Assembly: GCA_018661705.1 (NCBI GenBank)
Contig: JABJHR010000003.1
Span: forward strand, 601 to 64,600
Direction: 5' to 3'
Length of the DNA: 64,000 bases
From: Candidatus Woesearchaeota archaeon
GTDB lineage: Archaea; Nanobdellota; Nanobdellia; Woesearchaeales; DSVV01
Notes under the pieces: model-generated
The model's input: only the letters and a program-made list of their open reading frames with translations
Database searches by the model: none
Told to the model about the DNA's origin: nothing
Program-made: the position numbers and the translations under genes
Shown: positions 28,722 through 38,915 of the stretch, in pieces
How positions within the stretch are numbered: the first letter of the stretch is position 1
How the letters are laid out: each line of letters opens with the position of its first letter

Positions 28722-29981
28722 CTAAAAGTCATCTACTGTTAAAACACAAACAGAGTTGCTTGATTTTGCCTTAGCACCCATTGCTACTAAGAACTTAACG
28801 CCAGATTTCTCTGCAATTGAAAGAATGTTTGCATCGATTTCTCCATCAAATACAACAGCATAAATTCCTGATCCAAGACTCTTTAGTGTGGTTGTTAGCT
28901 CACTTAATGGAACCTTACCGAGGATGTTTAGTTTGTTATCTAAAACATAAGCTCCTCTTGTACCAATTAAATCTTCTAACAATTTACTAAATTTCTTTTT
29001 CTCATCGGCAGTTGCTTTTACTGGTGTAGCTTTTGCTGCACTTGGTTGTGGTCTTGAAGATTGTTGATAAGATCTCTGTGGAGGTCTTCTTTCAAACCGT
29101 TTATTTTCAACAGGCCTTTCTGCTTTTTCAGTAGAACGCCTATCTTCTCTAACAGTATCAACCTTAGCTTGTTCAGGACTAACTTTACTTCTGATGGCTT
29201 TGTGAATTTCTTTCTTTGTTAACTCTTCAACTTCTTTACCATCTGGAGCTTTTGTAACAAAGTCAATTTCTGCGATAGAAGTTAGTTCCTTAATAATTAG
29301 GTCTCCTCCCCTATCACCATCAACAAATGCAGTTAAGATTTTCTTTTTAGAAAGCTCAACAATTGTTTGTGGAACAGAAGTTCCATTAACAGCAATTGCG
29401 TTTTTAAATCCATGCTTTAGTAAGTTAAGAACATCTGCTCTGCCTTCTACGATGAGAACTTCATCAGAATCATCAATTGAAGGGCCTGCAGGTAATCTTT
29501 CCTTACCATATTCTGTAATTTCCATTACTCTTACAGAATAAGCAACCTCATCAGCTAATTCTTGTGAATCCGGCATAGACGTATCCATTAAATGTTTTAA
29601 CAATTCTTTAGCTCTTTCAACTACAAATTGTCTTTTGCTTACTCTAACATCTTCAATTTTCTCAACTCTAATCTTAGCGTTGCAAGGACCAATTCTTTGA
29701 ATTACTTCTAAAGCAGCACCAACAATAGCTGTTTCTGCTTTGTCTAAACTAGAAGGAATTATGATTGTACCTAATGTTTTACCTGTTTTAGTTTCAACAT
29801 TAACTTCAATTCTACCAATTCTACCGCTTCTTTGTAATTCTCTAAGCTCTAGATCTGCTCCTAAAAGACCTTCTGTTTGCCCAAAAATAGCACCAATTAC
29901 GTCTGGTCTGTCTACTACTCCACCAATATTAATAGTTGCGTGAACAATATATTTTGCACTTACTGGGCTAATTTTACCCAT
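28722..29981 (-). CDS. dnaG: Archaeal DnaG-type primase (Toprim).
   Basis: The N-terminus KYIVHATINIGGVVDRPDVIGAIFGQTEGLLG matches the conserved archaeal DnaG N-terminus. Toprim motif VLIVEGRADV ... VDGDRGG. A GGAGGT SD lies 10 nt upstream. Confidence 0.85.
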   Translation of the reverse strand: MGKISPVSAKYIVHATINIGGVVDRPDVIGAIFGQTEGLLGADLELRELQRSGRIGRIEVNVETKTGKTLGTIIIPSSLDKAETAIVGAALEVIQRIGPCNAKIRVEKIEDVRVSKRQFVVERAKELLKHLMDTSMPDSQELADEVAYSVRVMEITEYGKERLPAGPSIDDSDEVLIVEGRADVLNLLKHGFKNAIAVNGTSVPQTIVELSKKKILTAFVDGDRGGDLIIKELTSIAEIDFVTKAPDGKEVEELTKKEIHKAIRSKVSPEQAKVDTVREDRRSTEKAERPVENKRFERRPPQRSYQQSSRPQPSAAKATPVKATADEKKKFSKLLEDLIGTRGAYVLDNKLNILGKVPLSELTTTLKSLGSGIYAVVFDGEIDANILSIAEKSGVKFLVAMGAKAKSSNSVCVLTVDDF

Positions 29982-30571
29982 AAATATCTACCTCCAATCT
30001 AGAAGGAGCCATCTACTTTATCAAGCATAAATCTTTTGTGTGAATGATAAGTGATGCAATGAATGTGAATCATTTTACTCCTTCTCCTATTTTCTTATTT
30101 TATTATCTTTCGTATTATAATGTGTTTAGAACAAACCTAACTATAGGAAACCTGCCTTAAATGTACCTAATTTACATGGTACCTCTCTGGTCCCCCCATC
30201 TTAATCAAATAAATAATGATGAAATGAATGATGATAAGCTTGTTCTAAGCATTTATAAGCGCGATTTAGGCTTCTTTAGCCCAAATAAAGGTTTGTTGCC
30301 CGAAACACTAACTCCCAACTTCATAGCTTGCTTTTAGCGTGAGCTTCATTGGGTACTCTCGTGCCGGGCTGGTATACGCAAGAGTGGCTCTAATTCACAG
30401 CCATAACCGATGTTATTGCTCGTAAGAGGACCAATTTGCATACAATTTACTAATCTTTACTAAAGATTAATAAGTATATAAAGGTAGAGGTTTTATATAA
30501 AGTTTATTATTTAAGAGTAGTTACTATTAAATTGGAAAAGTATATTAGCTGGTAAGGAGATTTAACAAACA

Positions 30572-31285
30572 ATGGCAAGAAAAGCACGTAAAGAAGAATG
30601 GAAAGTATGGGGTAATGTATTTGATAATTATACCAATAGAAATCTATTCAAGCTAAAAGGACAAGGTTATTTTGATGAGTTAGAAAGCCCAATATCCGTA
30701 GGAAAAGAAGCAAACATATTCTCAGCTAAAACAAAAGATGGAAAAAGAGTAATTATTAAGATTTACAGATTAGAAACATGTAATTTTAATAAAATGTTTG
30801 ATTATATTAGACAAGATCCACGTTATGCTGGAATGAAGAATCAAAGAAGAAAGGTTATTTTTTCCTGGACACAAAGAGAACAACGAAATCTTCTAAAATC
30901 AAGGCAAGTTGGAGTAAGAGTCCCATTAGTACATACTTGCTTAGACAATATTTTAGTTTTAGAATATATTGGTGATGATATTATTGCACTACAATTAAAA
31001 AATCATTTTCCAAAAAATAAAACTAAGTTTCTAAATAAAATTATTGAGTATATGCATATAATGTGGAAAAAAGCAAGACTTGTACACGGTGATTTAAGTT
31101 GTTTTAATATATTAAATTATAATGAAAATCCCGTATTTATTGATTTTTCCCAAACAACAGACATAAAATCACAAAACGCAAAAGAATTATTAATCAGAGA
31201 CATAAAGAACATTTCCGTCTTCTTCAGAAAAATAGGATTAAAGAATGTTAATGAAGAAAAGATACTGAAGAAAGTGTTAAAATAA
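30572..31285 (+). CDS. rio: RIO-type serine/threonine protein kinase.
   Basis: ISVGKEANIF (ATP-binding), LVHGDLSCFNIL (catalytic loop). An AAGGAG SD is upstream. Confidence 0.8.
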   Translation: MARKARKEEWKVWGNVFDNYTNRNLFKLKGQGYFDELESPISVGKEANIFSAKTKDGKRVIIKIYRLETCNFNKMFDYIRQDPRYAGMKNQRRKVIFSWTQREQRNLLKSRQVGVRVPLVHTCLDNILVLEYIGDDIIALQLKNHFPKNKTKFLNKIIEYMHIMWKKARLVHGDLSCFNILNYNENPVFIDFSQTTDIKSQNAKELLIRDIKNISVFFRKIGLKNVNEEKILKKVLK

Positions 31286-31308
31286 AAAATTAAAAGAAAA
31301 AAGAAAAA

Positions 31309-32382
31309 TCAGTTATCCTTAATCCCATCCTCTTTAACCCAGAATGTACATTCTGCATCCGGTAAAGCAGGTGCGTCTACTAATTTAGCTACCCTACTCC
31401 CTTTCTTACCTTTACGCAAGTAAATTCTGAATGTAGAATTATGGGCAACAATATGGCCGCCAATTGCTTCTGTTGGATCTCCAAAAAATTGATCTGGCTT
31501 AGACATTACTTGATTAGTTACATATACAGACAAATTATGTATATCAGCTAATCTTGCTAAAACATGCATATGTTTGTTTAACTTTTGTTGTCTAACTGCT
31601 AATGTACCACGACCAACAAACTCAGCCCTGAAATGTGCAGTTAAAGAATCAACAACAACTAATTTAATATTTTTACCTTTCTTAGTAATTAATTCATCAA
31701 CTTTTTCAGATAATAACATCTGATGATCTGAATTATAAGCTCTTGCAACATAAATGTTTTTCAAGACTTTATCAGGATCAAGACCAGCACCTTCTGCAAA
31801 TTGCTTTATTCTTTCTGGACGAAAAGTATTTTCAGTATCAATGTAAACTGCACATGCATCTTCACCATAACTTTGTACATTAACTGCTAATTGATGTCCA
31901 ATTTGTGTTTTACCACTACCATATTGGCCGAAACATTCAGTTATTGCTCCCGTCTCAACTCCCCCTCCAAGAATATCATTAAAACCATCACAATTAGTTG
32001 AAATTTTATCAATTCTAGCTCTTTTTTTTAAGAGTTCATCGCCAGATTCAAAACCCATATCCATGGCATCCCGACTAACATTAATAAGTTTCCTCCCAAC
32101 AGTTTCAGTTATGCCAGACGCATCAACTAATTCTCCTGGTGTTGCTACGGCAATTGCCATTAAGGTATCATAACCACTCATTCTTAATTTCTCCGCCGTT
32201 GCTGCTCCAACTCCTGGTAGATCCTCTACTTTAGTAATTTTCTTAGATTTAGTTTCTTTTACTACAACATTATCTTCTTTATCAGATTCTTTATTATCTT
32301 CACTAATTATTTTTTCTTGCTCTTCTTGAGCTTTATCTCCAATTATATCTTCTTCCATTTTCTTCGCTAACATGGGTAGCAC
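31309..32382 (-). CDS. radA: DNA repair and recombination protein RadA.
   Basis: Walker A GQYGSGKTQ, HhH N-domain LPGVGAATAEKL, plus a ~50-aa Lys/Glu-rich N-terminal extension. A GGAGGTG SD is upstream. Confidence 0.9.
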   Translation of the reverse strand: MLPMLAKKMEEDIIGDKAQEEQEKIISEDNKESDKEDNVVVKETKSKKITKVEDLPGVGAATAEKLRMSGYDTLMAIAVATPGELVDASGITETVGRKLINVSRDAMDMGFESGDELLKKRARIDKISTNCDGFNDILGGGVETGAITECFGQYGSGKTQIGHQLAVNVQSYGEDACAVYIDTENTFRPERIKQFAEGAGLDPDKVLKNIYVARAYNSDHQMLLSEKVDELITKKGKNIKLVVVDSLTAHFRAEFVGRGTLAVRQQKLNKHMHVLARLADIHNLSVYVTNQVMSKPDQFFGDPTEAIGGHIVAHNSTFRIYLRKGKKGSRVAKLVDAPALPDAECTFWVKEDGIKDN

Positions 32383-32694
32383 CTCCTTTAATAAATACTT
32401 TATTGTTAAATCAGCCTTTTTAGAGCCTAATTGAACAATCTTAAAAACTCCATCAAGTTTCCAATGTGGAAATTAGCTAATTCCTTTTTTTAGGAAAGCA
32501 TAACTTCTTAAAATGTTTAATTCAGATTTTTTCGGAAGATTTTCACAAGACCTGAAAAGATTCTGAACTCTACCGAAAAAACATAATTAAAAAAAATAAA
32601 AAAATGTAAAATTTCTGGGTGTGTCGGAAATGTTACGGTGTTTTTCGTCTTGGGCAAAAGACATTTAACACCTATTCCCGACGACAACAAGAAA

Positions 32695-32967
32695 CTACTG
32701 GGCTTGAACGTTTTCTTTTAATACAAGATACTCATAAGCTTTAGACAAGACAACAACAGCTTTAGGTAGATCAGCCACCCTTAAGTTATTGGTGTTTTGC
32801 CACTTACCTTCTTTATCTTTGTAACATCTTCCTAAAGACAAAGAAGAAAAATTATATTCTTTCCCATCTTTTTGGCCATTATTAGACCATATTGTAGCAG
32901 AAATAGCTCCTGCACTAAACTTTTTTTCAGGCATATTTGTTTGGTTTTCCATTTGAGTCACCCTCAT
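32695..32967 (-). CDS. Small hypothetical protein, possibly a PC4-like ssDNA-binding fold.
   Basis: 90-aa ORF. The KFSAGAISATIWSN ... YNFSSLSLGRCYKD pattern is weakly reminiscent of PC4/YdbC-like folds. It is flanked by unusually long (>300 bp) intergenic regions. Confidence 0.3.
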   Translation of the reverse strand: MRVTQMENQTNMPEKKFSAGAISATIWSNNGQKDGKEYNFSSLSLGRCYKDKEGKWQNTNNLRVADLPKAVVVLSKAYEYLVLKENVQAQ

Positions 32968-33272
32968 TTTGCTTTTCGCATTTTATTTCATCATCTCCTT
33001 AATTAGAAGCTACGAGGCTTCAAGAGACTGAAGGTTTGTTGCAATTGCAATCAACAATTAACTTAAGCCCGTTCTCATTTATATACCTCACAACAGAATG
33101 TCCAGTGCAACCCAAAAAAAGAGCTGAAAACACAGTATATAAACAATACAACGGCTCTATGCCAGTGGACAAAGTCTAAAATGAACCTCCTTTTGTGTGT
33201 AAAAAATCATAAAATCTGTCTAGTGAAGATAAATCGAAAATTATATTAAGACATACATTTTTTAGAAATCTC

Positions 33273-34220
33273 ATGGAATTAAAGAATAAAATTGAAGCAT
33301 TGTTATTTGCCTCTGGCAGAAAAATGTCATTAGAAGAAATTGGAAAATTAGTTAAAATTAAAGATAGTGCTATTCTAAAAAAAGAATTAATTGAACTAAA
33401 AAAAGAGTATCAAGAAAGAAGCAGCCCAGTTATTGTTATTGAAGATGACGATGGTTGGAAACTTACAACCCATGAAGAACACGTTGCACTTGTAAGACAA
33501 ATTAATCCACATACTGAGCTTAGCAAAACAATGATGGAAACTTTAGCAGTAGTTGCTTGGAAACAACCAATGTTGCAAAGTGATGTTATTAAAATTAGAA
33601 CAAATAAAGCATATGATCACATTAAAGAATTAATGGATATGGGTTTTCTTGTAAAAGAAAGATATGGAAGAACATATTTATTAAAATTATCTCAAAAATT
33701 CTTTGAATATTTTGATGTACGAAATGATGACTCCTTAAAGTCCTTATTCAAAGACATAAAAGAAGAAGTTGTTGATCAAAAACAAATGAGTGATTTTAAT
33801 GAAGGTGATGAACAAGTTTCTAATGAAAGTGAAGAAACAACTGATGAAATAGAAACCCCTAATGAGAATGAACCGAAAATAGTTAAAGAAAATAATGAAG
33901 AACCTTTGATTTCTGAAAAAGAAGAAACTGAAACCCCTAACGAAAACGAGCATCCGCCAGTTGTTGAAGAACCTTCTGAAGAGAAACATGAAGAATCTTT
34001 GATTTCTGAAGAAGAGGAAAAAGAAACCCCTAACGAAAACGAGCATCCGCCAGTTGTTGAAGAAAATCCTGTAGAAGAAGAACCTGAGCAAGAACCAGCA
34101 ACAGAAGAGCAAAATACTGAAGAAGAAAAAGAAGAGGAAACAACAGTAGAAGATTCTAACCAAGAGGATAAAGAAGAATCTGAGAATCAAGAAACAGAGG
34201 AAAAGCATGAAGACTTATAG
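33273..34220 (+). CDS. scpB: Segregation and condensation protein B (ScpB) with a C-terminal acidic repeat tail.
   Basis: IEALLFASGRKMSLEEI ... TMMETLAVVAWKQPMLQSDVIKIRTNKAYDHIKELMDMGF winged-helix ScpB signature. The tail carries ETPNENEHPPVVEE repeats. Confidence 0.8.
   Translation: MELKNKIEALLFASGRKMSLEEIGKLVKIKDSAILKKELIELKKEYQERSSPVIVIEDDDGWKLTTHEEHVALVRQINPHTELSKTMMETLAVVAWKQPMLQSDVIKIRTNKAYDHIKELMDMGFLVKERYGRTYLLKLSQKFFEYFDVRNDDSLKSLFKDIKEEVVDQKQMSDFNEGDEQVSNESEETTDEIETPNENEPKIVKENNEEPLISEKEETETPNENEHPPVVEEPSEEKHEESLISEEEEKETPNENEHPPVVEENPVEEEPEQEPATEEQNTEEEKEEETTVEDSNQEDKEESENQETEEKHEDL
33850..34064 (+). repeat. Intragenic 93-bp tandem repeat (3 copies, the last two nearly identical) encoding EPLISE-EETETPNENEHPPVVEE.
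   Basis: aaacccctaacgaaaacgagcatccgccagttgttgaagaa occurs identically at 33931 and 34024. A more diverged copy lies at ~33850. Confidence 0.7.
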
Positions 34221-34425
34221 AGTTAAATGTAAGAAATGTGGCCATAAAATGAATTATTTGCCACTAAAAAAGATTTCTCCAAAAAGTATGAAAAAGTGCG
34301 TTTATTGTGGATATTCTATTAAGGTAAAAGATTACCTGTGTTAGGAGATTTTTCAACTAAATTTAACACAAAAATAAGTGTAATTAATCGAAACATATTT
34401 AAATAAACACACATTCATTTCGAGT

Positions 34426-37044
34426 ATGGAAGACCCTAAAAATAGCGACGAGAAAATGCCTGAAGATTCTGGTGAAGAAATAGAGCAAAAAAGCACCGAA
34501 AATGAGGAAAAAATAGAGCCTCAAAACACTAATCCAGAGCCAGAAGAACCTGTTCCAGAAAAAGGAATTTCTCCGATTATGATTGAAGATGAGATGAAGA
34601 ATTCTTATATAGATTATGCTATGAGTGTTATAGTTGGCAGAGCCTTACCAGATGTAAGAGACGGTCTTAAACCAGTTCATAGAAGAATTCTGTATGCAAT
34701 GAATGACATGGGCATGTTACATAATAAACCATATAAAAAAAGTGCTAGAATTGTAGGAGAATGTTTAGGTAAATATCACCCACATGGTGACCAAGCAGTT
34801 TATGATTCTATGGTTAGAATGGCTCAAAGTTTTTCTTTAAGATACCCTTTAGTTGATGGTCATGGAAACTGGGGAAGTATTGATGGAGACAGAGCAGCTG
34901 CAATGAGATATACTGAAGCCAGACTAAAAAAGATTTCAGAAGAAATTCTTCAAGATATTGAAAAAGAAACTGTTAACTTTACTGACAATTTTGATGGAAG
35001 CCTTAAAGAGCCAACAGTTTTACCTTGTAAATTTCCTAATTTATTAATCAATGGTTCAAGTGGTATTGCTGTTGGAATGGCAACTAATGTACCGCCACAC
35101 AACATTTTAGAAACATGCGATGCTATAATTCAAATCATCGATAATCCAGAAATTTCAATAAGAGAGATTATGGAAGTTGTTAAAGGTCCAGATTTTCCAA
35201 CGGGTGGAATTATTTGTGGAAAACAAGGCATTGGTCAGGCATATACAACTGGCAGAGGTAGAGTTATTGTCAGAGGTAAAACACACATTGAAAAACACAA
35301 AGAAAGAGAACGTATTATTATAGATGAAATCCCATATATGACCAATAAATCATTATTAATTGAACATATTGCTGATTCAGTAAGATCTAAAGTAATAGAG
35401 GGCATAAGTGATATTAGAGATGAAAGTGATAAGCGAGGAATGAGAGTTGTTATTGAATTAAAAAGAGACGCTAACCATGAAGTTGTTCTTAACCAATTAT
35501 TTAAACATTCAAGATTACAATCAACATTTGGAATTATCATGCTCGCATTAGTAAATAATGAACCTAAAATTCTTAATTTAAAAGAATTAATGATGAATTT
35601 CATAGGCCACAGAAAACAAGTTGTAACAAGGAGAACACAATATGAACTTAAAAAAGCAGAAGAACGAGCACATATTTTAGAAGGCCTAAAAGTGGCTTTA
35701 GCAGACATTGATAAAACAATTGCCATTATTAAAAAATCAAAAGATGCGGCAACAGCAAGAGCACAATTAATAGAAGTTTATAGTTTAACAGAAAAACAAG
35801 CTCAAGCAATTTTAGATATGAAACTTCAAAAGATCACATCATTAGAAACAGAAAAAATTCTTGAAGAGTTTACCCTGTTAATGGAAAAGATTGAAAATCT
35901 AAAAAATATTCTTGATTCTGAAGAAAGAATTAGAGGCATTATAAAAAATGAATTAACAGAGATTATGGACAAGTACGGTGATGTTAGAAGAACAGAAATA
36001 CTTGAAAATTTTGAAGAAGAAATTGAAATTGAAGACTTAATTGAAGAAGAAGACATGGTTGTTACAATCAGCCACGCAGGTTATATTAAAAGAATCCCAC
36101 TTACAATGTATAAGGCACAAGGTAGGGGTGGAAAAGGAATTATTGCTGCAACAACAAAAGAAGAAGATTTTGTAGAAAACCTATTTGTTGCAAACACACA
36201 TGATTATTTACTTGTGTTTACTGATAAAGGAATTGTACATTGGATTAAAGTATTTAGATTACCAGAAGGTTCAAGACAAGCAAGAGGAAAAGCAATTATT
36301 AACTTAATTGGTATCGAAAAAGACAGCAAAGTAACTGCTTTTATTCCTGTAAAACAATTTGATCCTAATCATTTCTTAGTTATGGTTACTAAAAATGGCA
36401 CAGTAAAGAAAACAAGCTTAAGTGCATTTTCAAAACCTAGACAAGGTGGAATAAGAGCAATTAATATTGAAACAGATAATGAACTAGTGAATGTTTTAAG
36501 AACAGATGGAGATAAACAAATCATAGTTGCAACTAGTAATGGTCAAGCTGTTAAGTTTAATGAAAAAAATGTAAGACCAATGGGAAGAGCATCTTTTGGT
36601 GTTAGAGGAATTAAACTAAAAGAAACAAAAGACAGCGAAGGCAAAACAATTTCAAAAGATTATGTTGTTGGTGGAGTTATTGCTGATGACAATAAAACAT
36701 TATTAACCGTAACCGAACACGGATACGGAAAAAGAACTACTATTTCTGAGTATAGATTAATTAACAGAGGCGGTTCAGGTGTTAAAAACATAATTTGTAG
36801 TGAAAGAAATGGTGGTGTAGTAGCCATAAAAAGCGTTACAAATGACGATGAAGTCATGTTAATTAGTCAGAAAGGAATTATTATCAGAACAAGATGTAAT
36901 TTAATCTCAACAATTGGTAGAAACACACAAGGAGTAAGATTAATGAGATTAGGTGCAGGAGACAAAGTAGTTGCAACGGCAAAAATCATTGGTGAAGACA
37001 GAGACGTTGAGGATGTTATAGAGGAAGAAGAAACCTCTGAATAA
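34426..37044 (+). CDS. gyrA: DNA gyrase subunit A.
   Basis: [29 protein letters not shown] (active-site Tyr region) and C-terminal beta-pinwheel repeats. An acidic N-terminal extension is present. Confidence 0.9.
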   Translation: MEDPKNSDEKMPEDSGEEIEQKSTENEEKIEPQNTNPEPEEPVPEKGISPIMIEDEMKNSYIDYAMSVIVGRALPDVRDGLKPVHRRILYAMNDMGMLHNKPYKKSARIVGECLGKYHPHGDQAVYDSMVRMAQSFSLRYPLVDGHGNWGSIDGDRAAAMRYTEARLKKISEEILQDIEKETVNFTDNFDGSLKEPTVLPCKFPNLLINGSSGIAVGMATNVPPHNILETCDAIIQIIDNPEISIREIMEVVKGPDFPTGGIICGKQGIGQAYTTGRGRVIVRGKTHIEKHKERERIIIDEIPYMTNKSLLIEHIADSVRSKVIEGISDIRDESDKRGMRVVIELKRDANHEVVLNQLFKHSRLQSTFGIIMLALVNNEPKILNLKELMMNFIGHRKQVVTRRTQYELKKAEERAHILEGLKVALADIDKTIAIIKKSKDAATARAQLIEVYSLTEKQAQAILDMKLQKITSLETEKILEEFTLLMEKIENLKNILDSEERIRGIIKNELTEIMDKYGDVRRTEILENFEEEIEIEDLIEEEDMVVTISHAGYIKRIPLTMYKAQGRGGKGIIAATTKEEDFVENLFVANTHDYLLVFTDKGIVHWIKVFRLPEGSRQARGKAIINLIGIEKDSKVTAFIPVKQFDPNHFLVMVTKNGTVKKTSLSAFSKPRQGGIRAINIETDNELVNVLRTDGDKQIIVATSNGQAVKFNEKNVRPMGRASFGVRGIKLKETKDSEGKTISKDYVVGGVIADDNKTLLTVTEHGYGKRTTISEYRLINRGGSGVKNIICSERNGGVVAIKSVTNDDEVMLISQKGIIIRTRCNLISTIGRNTQGVRLMRLGAGDKVVATAKIIGEDRDVEDVIEEEETSE

Positions 37045-37210
37045 AAAAATATTTATATCTTTATTCTATTATAATCTTAAAATGGATGAATTAAACAAAC
37101 TAAAAAAGAAAATAAAGAAAGATTTTGAAGAACATATTGAAATAGATGAAGATTCGGATCACCCAGTACATGAAAAATTTACTAAAGAGAAGAAAATAAA
37201 AAAATAGAAA

Positions 37211-38071
37211 CTAACAAATAACTTCTAATGCCCTTTCATACATTTTCACACTAACAGGTGTTTTCCCAATAATCTCAGCATCTGCATGTGCAATTACTTT
37301 TTCAGAAGATGAAACCTTAATTTTCTTAGCTCTTACATGAACCAAATCCTTAAATTTGTGCATTTGTTTTGTTGCAACACCAAACATACATCTAAAAAGA
37401 TCTCCAATTTCTTTCTTTTTAATAATAATTACATCAAAATAACCATCATCATTTCTTGATTTCGGAATCATATCAAATAGTTTATGAAATTTAGTAATAT
37501 TACAGATTAATACATAATAACCATAATGAGATTCATGATTAATTCTTATTTTTAATCTATGTGGTTTATAATTAAAAACAGTCTTAATAAACGACAAGGG
37601 ATATGCAACCTCTCCAAATATTTTTTTAATCTTTGGTTCTACATTTTTATACATTTCAGCATCTAATCCAACACCACACCCTATGGCAAAAAATCTTTTG
37701 TTAACTTTTCCAATATCTAAGTCTTTTCTTCTATTATTAGAAATAATTTCTACTGCTTTTGCAAGATTTTTAGGAATACTAAGAGATCTTGCCACCATAT
37801 TAGATGTTCCTGCCGGAATAATACCTAAACGTGGCCGAGAATTTATGCTTTTTTGCATTAAACCATTAATAACTTCATTAACTGTACCGTCACCACCAGC
37901 TGCAATAACAACATCTGCTTTTGCTTTTTTTGCATATGTTATTGCATCTCCTTGTTTTGTAGTAACTTTAATAACTAAATCTTTCCCTAAGAAATGCTTT
38001 CTTAATTCTTTCAAAATCAATTTATGATTTTTTTGACCTGATTTGGGATTTATAATCAACACATATTTCAT
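37211..38071 (-). CDS. Diacylglycerol-kinase catalytic-domain (DAGK_cat / YegS-like) lipid kinase.
   Basis: The IINPKSG start and AAGGDGTVNEV motif. Confidence 0.7.
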   Translation of the reverse strand: MKYVLIINPKSGQKNHKLILKELRKHFLGKDLVIKVTTKQGDAITYAKKAKADVVIAAGGDGTVNEVINGLMQKSINSRPRLGIIPAGTSNMVARSLSIPKNLAKAVEIISNNRRKDLDIGKVNKRFFAIGCGVGLDAEMYKNVEPKIKKIFGEVAYPLSFIKTVFNYKPHRLKIRINHESHYGYYVLICNITKFHKLFDMIPKSRNDDGYFDVIIIKKKEIGDLFRCMFGVATKQMHKFKDLVHVRAKKIKVSSSEKVIAHADAEIIGKTPVSVKMYERALEVIC

Positions 38072-38112
38072 TTCGCACCTATTTAATTATTAACTAACTG
38101 TTTAATATCAGA

Positions 38113-38859
38113 TCATTGAATATCAAACTCAACAATCATTGGTAAATGATCTGAAAACTTAACTTTAGGAACAATTGTTTTCTTTATTTTTATTTCTTTT
38201 GAAAATAACACGTAATCCAGGGACTTTTTTGGTTTCCATGCTGGAAATGTCTTTCCTTTATGCTGGGCAACCATAAGATCAGTTTCCTCAACAAATAAAT
38301 TTATTTCTTCTTCCCCTGATAAGGTATTAAAATCACCTAAAACAATTTTAGGATTATTGTTAGAGTTAACGAATTTAGCAATTTCTTTAATTTGTTTTCT
38401 TCTTGCTCTTTTTCCAAGAGCTAAATGAACCAAAAAAATACTTAATTTGCCCTTACCATGATCAATCTCAACTTCAATTACCAATTTTTTATTCCCACGT
38501 TTCAAAAAATGTTCCTTGATTGAACTAAATTTGTATTTAGACATAACAGAGTTACATAAATGATGAAAATAAGGTAATTTTGATAATGCAGACTTTTTAC
38601 CATACTTGCAAAAACACGCCATAGACTTAAAATCCAAAGTTTCTTTAATAAATTCCGCTTGATCAATTTTTCCTGCACGAAAAGAGCCATCATCAATCTC
38701 AACCAAGCAAACAATATCAGGTGATTGTTTCTTAATAAAAGTAGAAATATTCTCTAAAGCTTTTTTTCTCAAATGAAGGTGTGCATTTTTTGTAACATAG
38801 TCTTTAATTCCTTTACCAACACCCATACAATAACACACATTGTATAATAATAATTTCAT
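38113..38859 (-). CDS. Endonuclease/exonuclease/phosphatase (EEP) family protein.
   Basis: LLLYNVCY N-terminal pattern, LGDFNT and SDHLP C-terminal catalytic motifs. Confidence 0.6.
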   Translation of the reverse strand: MKLLLYNVCYCMGVGKGIKDYVTKNAHLHLRKKALENISTFIKKQSPDIVCLVEIDDGSFRAGKIDQAEFIKETLDFKSMACFCKYGKKSALSKLPYFHHLCNSVMSKYKFSSIKEHFLKRGNKKLVIEVEIDHGKGKLSIFLVHLALGKRARRKQIKEIAKFVNSNNNPKIVLGDFNTLSGEEEINLFVEETDLMVAQHKGKTFPAWKPKKSLDYVLFSKEIKIKKTIVPKVKFSDHLPMIVEFDIQ

Positions 38860-38915
38860 TTTATAGTTTCAACCTCTTTTTATCCTCGCATTGTATTAAT
38901 TTCATCTTAACAACT

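Noticed and set aside
30213-30240. aatgatgaaatgaatgatga resembles two box C (RUGAUGA) elements of a C/D sRNA.
   Set aside because: The two UGAUGA copies are only 12 nt apart with no appropriately spaced CUGA D/D' boxes, so it is more likely a simple tandem word.
30330-30420. Possible 5S rRNA/tRNA in the GC-rich island (gcccgaaacactaactcc ...).
   Set aside because: Compared by eye with 5S consensus (CCGAAC...GAAGTTAAGC...GAGAGTAGG) and the tRNA T-loop (GGTTCRANYC), neither fits on either strand. It is left as a generic ncRNA candidate.
33744-34208. 154-aa antisense ORF across the ScpB acidic tail, and similar antisense ORFs inside gyrA (35235-35726, 35826-36056, 36660-36857), the HK gene (11570-11872) and the HIT gene (18197-18508).
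   Set aside because: Antisense frames of purine-rich (GAA/GAG) coding sequence give long F/L/S-rich spurious ORFs. The sense genes have strong family signatures.
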